A DNA stretch of 32,000 bases from Longivirga aurantiaca (GTDB lineage Bacteria > Actinomycetota > Actinomycetes > S36-B12 > CAIYMF01). The stretch spans positions 1,080,001-1,112,000 of the forward strand of contig NZ_JBHSTI010000008.1 in the NCBI RefSeq assembly GCF_042660085.1. Direction: 5' to 3'. Position numbers and translations under genes: made by a program. This document shows positions 7,975 to 15,931 of this stretch, in pieces; the stretch's first letter is position 1, and the number at the start of each line of letters is the position of its first letter. A model generated the notes under the pieces. That model was not told the origin of the DNA. It ran no database searches and saw nothing but the letters and a program-made list of their open reading frames with translations.

Positions 7975-9474
7975 ATGAACCCATCGCCGCGTCTGCCGTT
8001 TGCGTGGCTCTCGTCCATACGCGGTCGAGTTCAGGCGATGGTTGTATCGAGTATGTGCGAGGTGGACCTGGTGGAGGCGGCATCGCGCAAGTCCTGGGCC
8101 AAGAGGAGCAACGTCCCTCCTGATCTTCTTGCCACCGGACTGCTCACTGACCTCATCGGGCCGGAGGCGGCGTTGCTGAGCTTGCGGCTGGGCACAGCCC
8201 ACCTCGCGGGTGTTGCCGACGTCTCGAACCCGCCGACGGGGCCGGCGACCCTCTTTCCAACTGGTTCACATCTACAGGTCACGGTTCGGCACGACCTCAT
8301 GGAGCACGGTCGCTTCGACTGGTCTGGACAGTTGCTCGACTTGGGCAGCAGCGGCAGCGGATTCGGTTTCGACAACTCCCGTCAATGGAAGGTCAGCGAC
8401 TTCGACCTCAACATCGGCAAGACTCGCGTCCACGTCGTTCACGCCAGTGCCCAGCGCTCGACGGACCTGTTTGACCCGCAACCACAGTTCGGCGGCATGT
8501 GCGAGGGAATCGAATGGGGCGATCAAGCGGTCGCACGTCATTGGCGCGTCTGGCTCGTCGGCGTACCGAAGCCGCACGAGCAGGTGACCACAACCCTTGC
8601 CCAGGTCCAGGTTTCGTTGGTTACCGACCGACGCGCAGCCGAACCCAACCATGGCGACAGCCAACCGCCACCTGACCTGCCCTACGTCACACAAGTAGCG
8701 CTGGACTTCGGCCATGACGTGGGGGCTGCTCAGGTCGACGAACTCCTTGAACGTCACCTCATGTGGCTCCTTGACATCTACTCCGGTCGCAGAGTTATTC
8801 CTCTCGCAGTGCTGCGCATCGCCCCCGACGGCACGGCTATGGGAGGGCACTGTCGCGACTACGGCCGACCGCTGGTGCGCAGAAGTCGCCGAGCCGTATC
8901 CAGCAACGATCTACAGGCGTTTCTCAACGATGTCGTACCCACCTGGGACGCAATGACGGAAGACGATCGCCACGTAGTCCGAGTCGCCACTGGGGTCAGG
9001 CACGCTTCCTCACAGATCGAATCGGAGGCGTCAGTAGTTCTCGCCGCGACCGCGCTCGAGCTCCTCGCCGGTGAGTGGCTCCCGCCCACCAAGGCAAGCT
9101 ACGAGCTCACGAGGAGGCAGAAGAAGGACATCTCAGATGCGCTTACGAGCGCCGCTCAGGGAATCGCTCCTAACAGCGAGTTCGCCAGCAAGATCACCCA
9201 GATTGCAGGGAACATGTTCCGCCGCCCCGCCGCTGACCAACTTGGTCGCCTTCTGGGTCATCTCCAGGTGCCCATGAGCGAAGCCGAGGTTGGCGACTTC
9301 GTGAAGCTGAGGAACGATCTCATCCACGGCCGCCTGGCACAACGCAGCACGCAGGACAAGACGGAAGGCATGCTCCGAGGGCAGGCCATGCTGATGGGTT
9401 GCCTCCTCAGCCGGCTGGGTTACCGTGGCTCGGTCTACAACGAGGCCAGCCATCGGAACTACCGCCTGCCCTAG
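7975..9474 (+). CDS. hypothetical protein with a C-terminal HEPN-like domain (499 aa)
   Basis: The C-terminal helical region ends in FVKLRNDLIHGR, an Rx4H HEPN-type motif. The ~350-aa N-terminal region is unassigned. The domain order resembles ApeA-type HEPN proteins (tentative). The start is uncertain; 8038 is also possible. Confidence 0.65.
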   Translation: MNPSPRLPFAWLSSIRGRVQAMVVSSMCEVDLVEAASRKSWAKRSNVPPDLLATGLLTDLIGPEAALLSLRLGTAHLAGVADVSNPPTGPATLFPTGSHLQVTVRHDLMEHGRFDWSGQLLDLGSSGSGFGFDNSRQWKVSDFDLNIGKTRVHVVHASAQRSTDLFDPQPQFGGMCEGIEWGDQAVARHWRVWLVGVPKPHEQVTTTLAQVQVSLVTDRRAAEPNHGDSQPPPDLPYVTQVALDFGHDVGAAQVDELLERHLMWLLDIYSGRRVIPLAVLRIAPDGTAMGGHCRDYGRPLVRRSRRAVSSNDLQAFLNDVVPTWDAMTEDDRHVVRVATGVRHASSQIESEASVVLAATALELLAGEWLPPTKASYELTRRQKKDISDALTSAAQGIAPNSEFASKITQIAGNMFRRPAADQLGRLLGHLQVPMSEAEVGDFVKLRNDLIHGRLAQRSTQDKTEGMLRGQAMLMGCLLSRLGYRGSVYNEASHRNYRLP

Positions 9475-9550
9475 GTGCGCCTGACCGGCGACACCTATTT
9501 CGTTGAGTGAACCGCCGTCTGCGCTGACGTCCCCTGCCAGGATCTCACCC

Positions 9551-10384
9551 ATGCGCCAGAGCGATCTGTACGAACTCCTGACCGGTGACGACAACGACTG
9601 CGTGTACCACTACACGTCGCAGCCAGGTTTGCACGCCATCCTTGCGACCGGATCACTTCGTCTCAGCACCTTCAATAGCCTGAACGATCCTCGTGAGAAC
9701 AAGAAGTGGATGCCCGACGAGTTGCTGGGCCACGCCGGCGACGTCGACGATGCCTGGTTCGAGGCAGACCGAGCCATGGAGGAGGCGGTCGATCGCTTGC
9801 TACGGCGGGGCGTCAGAGTCGGCTGTTTCACCGAGACGCGATCAAGTGGCTCTGGGCATGGGCTCGCCAAGGGCTGGGCTCGGCCGGCTATGTGGGCTCA
9901 CTACGGGGCCGCCCATCAGGGGGCATGTCTGGTCTTCGACCGCGGAGCTATTGGTCAAGCCGTGTCGGATCACGTCCCCGTCCGAGACGGGAACCTGACG
10001 ATGTGCGGTGCCGTGGACTACACGGATCGTGAGTTGACCTTGCCTTACCTCGGCGCTCCATCGACTGTGGTCGAACTGAAGGAGTTGTTGGACGCGGTGA
10101 CCATGGAACGTGACGTCGTTCCGAGCCTGTACTTGCAGAAGAACACGGACTGGTCAGGTGAGCGTGAATGGCGTGTGCTGGTCAACCAGTGGGACCTGCC
10201 TGAATCAAACCTGGACGAGCCGTTGTACGTCCCGTGGGAGGGAGCACTGCTGGGGGTCGTCCTAGGTTCTGAGTATGGTCCACGCGTTGTCGCGGAACGA
10301 CTCTCAGGCGGTTTGCCCCTGCTGACCTGCAGTTGGACGTCGCGTCGCGCAACGTTGCAGCACTCGACAGGCGCAGCTGGATAA
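9551..10384 (+). CDS. DUF2971-family protein (277 aa)
   Basis: Trimmed to the ATG at 9551. N-terminal VYHYTSQPGLHAILATGSLRLSTFNSLNDPRE matches the DUF2971 signature (YHYT...L...NDP.E). Confidence 0.8.
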   Translation: MRQSDLYELLTGDDNDCVYHYTSQPGLHAILATGSLRLSTFNSLNDPRENKKWMPDELLGHAGDVDDAWFEADRAMEEAVDRLLRRGVRVGCFTETRSSGSGHGLAKGWARPAMWAHYGAAHQGACLVFDRGAIGQAVSDHVPVRDGNLTMCGAVDYTDRELTLPYLGAPSTVVELKELLDAVTMERDVVPSLYLQKNTDWSGEREWRVLVNQWDLPESNLDEPLYVPWEGALLGVVLGSEYGPRVVAERLSGGLPLLTCSWTSRRATLQHSTGAAG

Positions 10385-10640
10385 CTTGAGTTGAGCTGCT
10401 GCACTCGATAAGCCGTGCACAGTCAGTGGCACGCGACAACCTCAAGGAATGAGTCCGGCTTTCGATCTCGTGACGCTTGCCGAGCCGGCGATCACCGGGC
10501 TGAACCTCACGGACACTGATCGACCGCCCCATCGGTACAGCTTCGGCGAGTATCCGGGCCCCATGGAGCGATGGTCGACTGAGCCCTCGATCGGACGGCT
10601 GGGGCGTCGGCCACCGCGTCGGACTGCTTCGACGGCACGT

Positions 10641-11831
10641 CTACAAAGGCGCGGGGAGTCGCCGAATCGTTCCCGGTTCGAGCCGCAGGCGCGAGTTCGC
10701 GTCGCATGAGCCGGCGTCGCACATGGCGGCGCTGGTGAGGAAGAACACGGCTACATCAGCGTCTCGATCCCTGCTGGAACGCCACAAGATGCCGTCCACG
10801 GGCAGGTCGTAGCGGAGGTGCTCAGCAATGACCTGGGTAGGGATGTATTCCAGGTTCTGTCGGTCGTCTGGACTGGCTACCTCGGTGACGTCCTTGACGA
10901 AGTCGAGGAGGAACTCGACCGGGCCACGGAGATGCCGGCGCGCTGGGTCGAAGAGCGAAGGAACCTCGGGTAGGTCGCGCAGATCCACGACGCTGAGATC
11001 CGTCAGTTGGGTGAACATTCCCACGGTTGCCTCGTCAGTTGGCCCCGAGTAGCCAGCTACCTCCCTATGAGCGCCCTCATCAGTAGAGGCACCGTAGAAC
11101 GCCCCGATGCCTTTCGGGCTCATTCGATTGTCGCGGGCAATCGAGTCCGGGGGTGAGCCGAGGCTGGCAGCGTCATCGTGCCGATCCCCGGGTCCGTGGA
11201 CGCGCGCACGCCACCAGGTGGTGCCAGCCGGTAGCCGCTTCGTCAGACCGACTTCGTTAGCCGCGGCTACGACCGCAGCGGGCACCGCGTGCATAGGGAT
11301 GCTGCCTGCGCCGTCCGCGGTGGAGTCGTCAAGCGTTAGGAATGTGTACCGCCTCTGATGCTTCACATAGTCGCGAAACGCCTGCCACCCCCACCGAAGG
11401 GCCTCAGCTGGCATTGCTGCATATGGGTCCTTCTGACACCAGAGCTCATCGCTGATCGCCCACAGGATGGCTTCTAGGACGCCCTGCTGTTCGGTGATCT
11501 CGAAATCATCCAGCAGGTCGTAGGTGTCGAAGGTCGTTACGCGATACCCGCCCTCTCGGCCATCGAAGCCGGCGCCTTGTGCCGGGTCCTCGTACTCGTA
11601 ACGAAGACCCTCGACAATCAGCTGGACGACCCGCTCCAACGGCGCCGAGGCGTCGGGCGACTGTGGCGACAAGCCGCAGAAGCTACACGCATCTTGACCG
11701 CCTTCCGAACGTACAAAGGCGACCAGCCATGGCTCAGACAAGCATCGGGAACACACGATTCCATCGGTGTCGCGGTAGCCGCGTGCCTCGATCGCCTCGG
11801 CGTAGCGCTTGGTGAGTCCCATAGCACTCAT
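10641..11831 (-). CDS. RES-domain protein with an N-terminal zinc-ribbon-containing domain (396 aa)
   Basis: The core WWRARV...NRMSPKGIGAFYGAS...GAHREV fits the RES (Arg-Glu-Ser) domain. The N-terminus carries CSRC...CSFC. The domain order resembles HEPN/RES-NTD1 + RES proteins. Confidence 0.8.
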   Translation of the reverse strand: MSAMGLTKRYAEAIEARGYRDTDGIVCSRCLSEPWLVAFVRSEGGQDACSFCGLSPQSPDASAPLERVVQLIVEGLRYEYEDPAQGAGFDGREGGYRVTTFDTYDLLDDFEITEQQGVLEAILWAISDELWCQKDPYAAMPAEALRWGWQAFRDYVKHQRRYTFLTLDDSTADGAGSIPMHAVPAAVVAAANEVGLTKRLPAGTTWWRARVHGPGDRHDDAASLGSPPDSIARDNRMSPKGIGAFYGASTDEGAHREVAGYSGPTDEATVGMFTQLTDLSVVDLRDLPEVPSLFDPARRHLRGPVEFLLDFVKDVTEVASPDDRQNLEYIPTQVIAEHLRYDLPVDGILWRSSRDRDADVAVFFLTSAAMCDAGSCDANSRLRLEPGTIRRLPAPL

Positions 11832-11955
11832 TCAACCTGACGTCGTCAGCCCCAACTTGCCGACTCGTCGACCGGGCCGCGGCGCGCAGGAAGGAAGGGA
11901 ATGTCATGGTGGCTGGGGCCCTGGGTCTACGTTGCTTTCGACCGGAGGTGGACGA

Positions 11956-12132
11956 GTGACAAGCACTGGCAGGAACGACAAGCGCTCGGTTCGATGGGTT
12001 AGCCCGAGGGGCGTGGTCCACACCCTGACGTGCGGAGCCATCGGGGACGGCGGGCGATACGTCATCCTCGCGGACCTGCCCTCCGGGCTCGAGGACTGCA
12101 CCGACTGCGGCGGATCGGAAGCTCGAGATTGA
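11956..12132 (+). CDS. possible small protein (58 aa)
   Basis: GTG at 11956 lies 7 nt after GGAGG (11944-11948). In frame with track ORF 11809..12132. Contains C..C (CTDC). No family recognised. Confidence 0.3.
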   Translation: MTSTGRNDKRSVRWVSPRGVVHTLTCGAIGDGGRYVILADLPSGLEDCTDCGGSEARD

Positions 12133-12395
12133 GCGAAGCTGGCTGTACCCCTCGCACCTGCGACAACTGACAGCAATCAGTGTGTCTCGCATGTCCATCT
12201 TTAGGCCAACGTTGCCGACCACCTCGAGGACGTCGACGGCGTGTGACGCAAGCTCGCAAGCGGCATGGCCGGACGCCCGGCGTCTGATACTTCCCGTGAC
12301 CCCAGGCGCCCCGCTGCATCCGCTAGCGCCCCGGTCTGCACCGCTCGCAGCCCGACGCCCGGCTCGTTGTCGGTGCCCCCGGGTACACCAGTGGT

Positions 12396-13187
12396 GTGAT
12401 CACGCATGAGGACCTCGACTGGTGGCTCGAGACCGCCCCCGCCTTGACCTGGACGTTCGCCAAGACATACGCCGACACGGCCCCGCACGAGTACGTCGTC
12501 GCCGGGCGCAACGGCTGCCCTCTGAGCCATGGCGACTTCGTACGGGCGGCCAAGGTCATCGCCACGTTCGGCCGCCCCGCCAAGTTCTACTCGATGACCG
12601 GCATCTACCTCACAAGCCGGGACGGGGGACTGAAGTGGTGGACCATGGACGCCGACCTCGACAGCACCGACCTGATCAACCAGGCCACCACCGACCGCGT
12701 CTACGGACCCCAGGACGCCCCCAACACCCGCACCGGGTCCACCGTTCCGGAGGACGCACTCGCAACCGAGTACGACCGCGCCCGCGACCGCCGGTGCGAC
12801 GAGATCCTTGCTGAGCACATCCGCCGCCTCTTCCCGGAGGGCAGTCCAAGGACGCTGGACATCGGATGCGGCACCGGTCTGCCCCTGGACTTCGGCGTCA
12901 TCGACGCCGGCACGTACACCGGCCTGGATCACAGCACCGCCATGCTCAACATGCTCGTGCGGAAGCACCCGCACGTACGGGCTCTCATCCCTGCGTCCTG
13001 GAACGAGGGCGTCGTCATCGGTGCACCGTTCGACCTTGTCCTCAACATCGAAGGCCCGGACGTGGACCCCGACCAGATGCAGCGACGGAGCTCCGGCTGG
13101 GTGATCACCGCGCGCGACGGAGACGTCGCTGTGGTGCCTGGGAAGGCGCGCGACACACGGTCCGGCACGGTTAGCGTCTCGCCATGA
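12396..13187 (+). CDS. class I SAM-dependent methyltransferase-like protein with an unassigned N-terminal domain (263 aa)
   Basis: Motif I LDIGCGTGLP (nt ~12855-12884) followed by TGLDHS. I saw no DPPY/NPPY or PC-type DNA-methyltransferase motif. The N-terminal ~110 aa (WTFAKTYADTAPHEYVV...KWWTMD) is conserved-looking but I cannot name it. Confidence 0.8.
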   Translation: MITHEDLDWWLETAPALTWTFAKTYADTAPHEYVVAGRNGCPLSHGDFVRAAKVIATFGRPAKFYSMTGIYLTSRDGGLKWWTMDADLDSTDLINQATTDRVYGPQDAPNTRTGSTVPEDALATEYDRARDRRCDEILAEHIRRLFPEGSPRTLDIGCGTGLPLDFGVIDAGTYTGLDHSTAMLNMLVRKHPHVRALIPASWNEGVVIGAPFDLVLNIEGPDVDPDQMQRRSSGWVITARDGDVAVVPGKARDTRSGTVSVSP

Positions 13188-14683
13188 CGGATTCGACTCC
13201 TGTACCGAACCAGGCCGGGGGACTGCTGGCCGCGCTGGTCCCGTTCGGAGTGCTGCGTCAGCCCGAGGTCGCCCTCACCACCGGGATCTGTTGGGTACTT
13301 GGCCTGGACGGGGCGGCGGGTGCGCTCGACGCTCTCATCGCCCGAAGCGGCATCACCCCGGACAGCGCAGGCCGATGGAGGGGCGAGGTGGTCGGTGACG
13401 GTGGACGCTCCGATCTCGAGTACGCCTGGGGCGATCCCCCGACAACTCGAGTCATCGTCGAGGCCAAGATCGGCCACAGCCTCACCCCGGAGCAGTTGGT
13501 GGGCTACGCCGACCGGCTGCCTGACACAGGTGGGCTCCTGGTCGTGCTGGCACCGGCCGCGCGCAGAGCCGAGGCGCTGGAAGTGGTAGCTCGCTGCCGA
13601 GACCTCACCGCCGGCCCGGCCACGTTCGCCGTCTGGACCTACGACGAGGTCCTGGAGCGGCTCGAAGCCGCCCTGCCCCATAGCGGCGACGTCGCCCAGC
13701 TGCGCGGCCTCGTCCAAGCGCACAACGCCACGGACATCGACCCGTTCCTCCCCGACGAGCTCCTCGAAGCCAACGCGTCGCGTCGTGAGGACGTGTGGTG
13801 GGTCGTCGACCACGCCTCATTCGGCATCCGCGAATCCCGGCAGCCCTCCGGCACCGACTGGAACCTCCTGCATCGTCGGTACCTGCCCGTCGGCAACTAC
13901 AGCGCGGCCGTCGCCGTCGGCGTCGGGAGGAAGGATCCGGGCAACGACCCGACTCGGCCATGGGCGTGGCTCCGTGTCGCCGGTGCCAGCGCTCACGGCC
14001 GCCTCGCTCGACGCGCGCTCGCCAGCATCAGACCCGGAACTGAGGAGACCAAGGACGAGACTTGGCTGCCGCTGAGGATCGAGCCGGGCCTCTACGGTAG
14101 CCAAGCGGCGGAGCGACTCCGATCAGCGCTGGAGAGCCTCATCGACGACCTTGCGGCCGCCATCACCGTCGAGATGGAGCACCAGCTTGACCAGGCCCGC
14201 CATCTCGACACCGCCATGCTCGACGGCGTCCTGGGTATCGGTCCCCTCGAAGCGAACGATCTGCTTGCCGGCTCCGAGCGGCGCCATGAGGACATCTGGA
14301 CCCTGCTGACCGAAGCCAGCCGCCCCCTTTACCCGGACCGGATCTACCCGGTCCAGACCAGCGACGAGGACTACGAGCGCGTGCGCTACATGCGGGTTGG
14401 CGCGTCGGAGGCGCACATCGCGACGTGCCTCCTGCGGCGGGGGAGGAACGACTCCGCTCCGGCCGCGTGGCTTCGGGTGCACCGGAGCACCTCACATGCC
14501 GAGATCGGTCGTCGTGTTCTCGAGGAACTGGCTCCAGGTCAAGTGGTCGACGATCCCAACGGGTGGGCGGTTCCCGTGCGCATCCCCACCGGTGTCGGTG
14601 GGCCGGCGATGCTCGCCGAGGTCCATGCACAGATCAGCGAGCTGTTCACGCGCTTCGCCGCGTCCATCGTTCGAGGCTCGTAG
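13184..14683 (+). CDS. PD-(D/E)xK nuclease-like protein with an internally duplicated C-terminal region (499 aa)
   Basis: Its ATG overlaps the upstream stop (ATGA at 13184-13187). N-terminal GRSDLEY...RVIVEAKIG is a D...ExK core. Two tandem ~150-aa segments each begin LL..(R)RED(V/I)W and contain AWLRV...SH...RR.L...PG...W.(L/V)P.RI..G. Confidence 0.75.
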   Translation: MTDSTPVPNQAGGLLAALVPFGVLRQPEVALTTGICWVLGLDGAAGALDALIARSGITPDSAGRWRGEVVGDGGRSDLEYAWGDPPTTRVIVEAKIGHSLTPEQLVGYADRLPDTGGLLVVLAPAARRAEALEVVARCRDLTAGPATFAVWTYDEVLERLEAALPHSGDVAQLRGLVQAHNATDIDPFLPDELLEANASRREDVWWVVDHASFGIRESRQPSGTDWNLLHRRYLPVGNYSAAVAVGVGRKDPGNDPTRPWAWLRVAGASAHGRLARRALASIRPGTEETKDETWLPLRIEPGLYGSQAAERLRSALESLIDDLAAAITVEMEHQLDQARHLDTAMLDGVLGIGPLEANDLLAGSERRHEDIWTLLTEASRPLYPDRIYPVQTSDEDYERVRYMRVGASEAHIATCLLRRGRNDSAPAAWLRVHRSTSHAEIGRRVLEELAPGQVVDDPNGWAVPVRIPTGVGGPAMLAEVHAQISELFTRFAASIVRGS

Positions 14684-14857
14684 AGACATCGGAGATCGAG
14701 CGCGCGGAAGTCGAGTCAGGCGATGCGCTCCTGCCCCGCGGCGGCGGTGGCGCCTTCGCTGTCGGACCCGGGCGAGATCATGAGGTCAACGGACCGTCCA
14801 GACGATGCTGGCAACCATCAGCGTCGGGGCACAGCCGTCGAGATCTGAGGAGTCACC

Positions 14858-15802
14858 ATGGATGCCCGAGAGGCCAAGCGGCTTGCCAACGAGCACTTGC
14901 GTGGTTCTCGCCTGACTGCATCCCGGGCCTCGCGCCACCGCGACGCCTGGGTCGTGTCCTACGTCGACGCGGACAACCCGGACGTGATGCTCGACGGCGG
15001 AGGCCTCATCGTGACGATGGACGGAGCGGTGATCGACGTAAGCTCCGTGCCCGGTGAGATCGACCGCGTGCTCGACGAGAGAGCACCGCGAGGGGAGGAT
15101 CCCGACCTACCGCGCGACGAGGCGGAGGAGCTGCGCGCCCTCATCGCGGCTCGGCTGCCCTGGCCCGGCGTCCTGGAGGAACCCGTCGAAGCGTTCGCCG
15201 CCGTCGAGCAGCTGCGCAGTGCTGGTCGTGAGGTCTTCCCGGCGCGCGGGCTGGAACTCGCCGCGCTCGCGCTGGTGCCCTTCCAAGAAGTGCGTGTGGT
15301 GATCGTCGGCCTTGACCCGTATCCGACGCCGGGTCATGCGATGGGACTGGCGTTCTCCGTTCCACCCGAAGTGCGGCCGCTGCCGGCGGGCGTGCGGAGC
15401 ATCCACGCCGCAATGCGGCACGACGGCTTCGACCCTCCCGACCACGGCGACCTGTCCGGCTGGGCCAGGCAGGGGGTGCTTCTGCTGAACCGGGCACTCA
15501 CCTACGAACGAGGACGGAAGGCTGGAGCGCACCTGCCCATCTGGCGAGACTTCACGGACCAGGTGATCCGAGTGCTAAACGAGCGGGACGAGCCGGTGGT
15601 GTTCGTTCTGTGGGGGAACGAGGCGCAGAAGGTCGGCGCCCTCGTCGACGCCTCGCACCACCACACCGTGACGGCACCGCATCCTTCTTCCCGGGGGGCC
15701 TACCGGAAGGCATCCCAGGACGCGGGGACGTTCACCACGGTCAACCGGCTCCTCGGTGCAGAGATCCACTGGGAACAGGCAGGCGGGCGCTCCCACTCGT
15801 AG
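14858..15802 (+). CDS. uracil-DNA glycosylase family 1 paralogue with an extra N-terminal domain (314 aa)
   Basis: The C-terminal ~220 aa matches the Ung layout: VRVVIVGLDPYPTPGHAMGLAFSV (canonical GQDPY), GVLLLNRAL, VLWGN, APHPSSRG (canonical HPSPLS). The N-terminal ~95 aa (AKRLANEHL...WVVSY...LDGGGLIVTMDGAVIDV) looks YrhB/immunity-protein-like, which is tentative. Confidence 0.9.
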   Translation: MDAREAKRLANEHLRGSRLTASRASRHRDAWVVSYVDADNPDVMLDGGGLIVTMDGAVIDVSSVPGEIDRVLDERAPRGEDPDLPRDEAEELRALIAARLPWPGVLEEPVEAFAAVEQLRSAGREVFPARGLELAALALVPFQEVRVVIVGLDPYPTPGHAMGLAFSVPPEVRPLPAGVRSIHAAMRHDGFDPPDHGDLSGWARQGVLLLNRALTYERGRKAGAHLPIWRDFTDQVIRVLNERDEPVVFVLWGNEAQKVGALVDASHHHTVTAPHPSSRGAYRKASQDAGTFTTVNRLLGAEIHWEQAGGRSHS

Positions 15803-15931
15803 GTTCGCCAGAAGCAGTCGGACCACCAGGGACGGAACGTTCCGCGGGTCGTCAGCCGCAATGTCATCGTGACTGTCGGATGGACATTGATTGACCGACG
15901 ACACTAACCCTGAGTACGTGGCGGTCTAGCG

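Noticed and set aside
10675-10684. T-loop-like string GGTTCGAGCC that could hint at a tRNA
   Set aside because: The flanking bases do not form a T-stem, and no acceptor or anticodon arms can be drawn. It lies in the 3' part of the RES-domain coding region.
11837-11849. Palindrome CTGACG-T-CGTCAG just upstream of the RES gene start
   Set aside because: The arms are only 6 bp in GC-rich DNA, which cannot be told apart from chance without comparative data.
12201-13813. 257-aa and 294-aa minus-strand ORFs (12201..12974 and 12929..13813)
   Set aside because: They are antisense to the methyltransferase-like and PD-(D/E)xK genes, which carry recognisable motifs. Their Gly/Arg/Val-rich sequence has no motifs.
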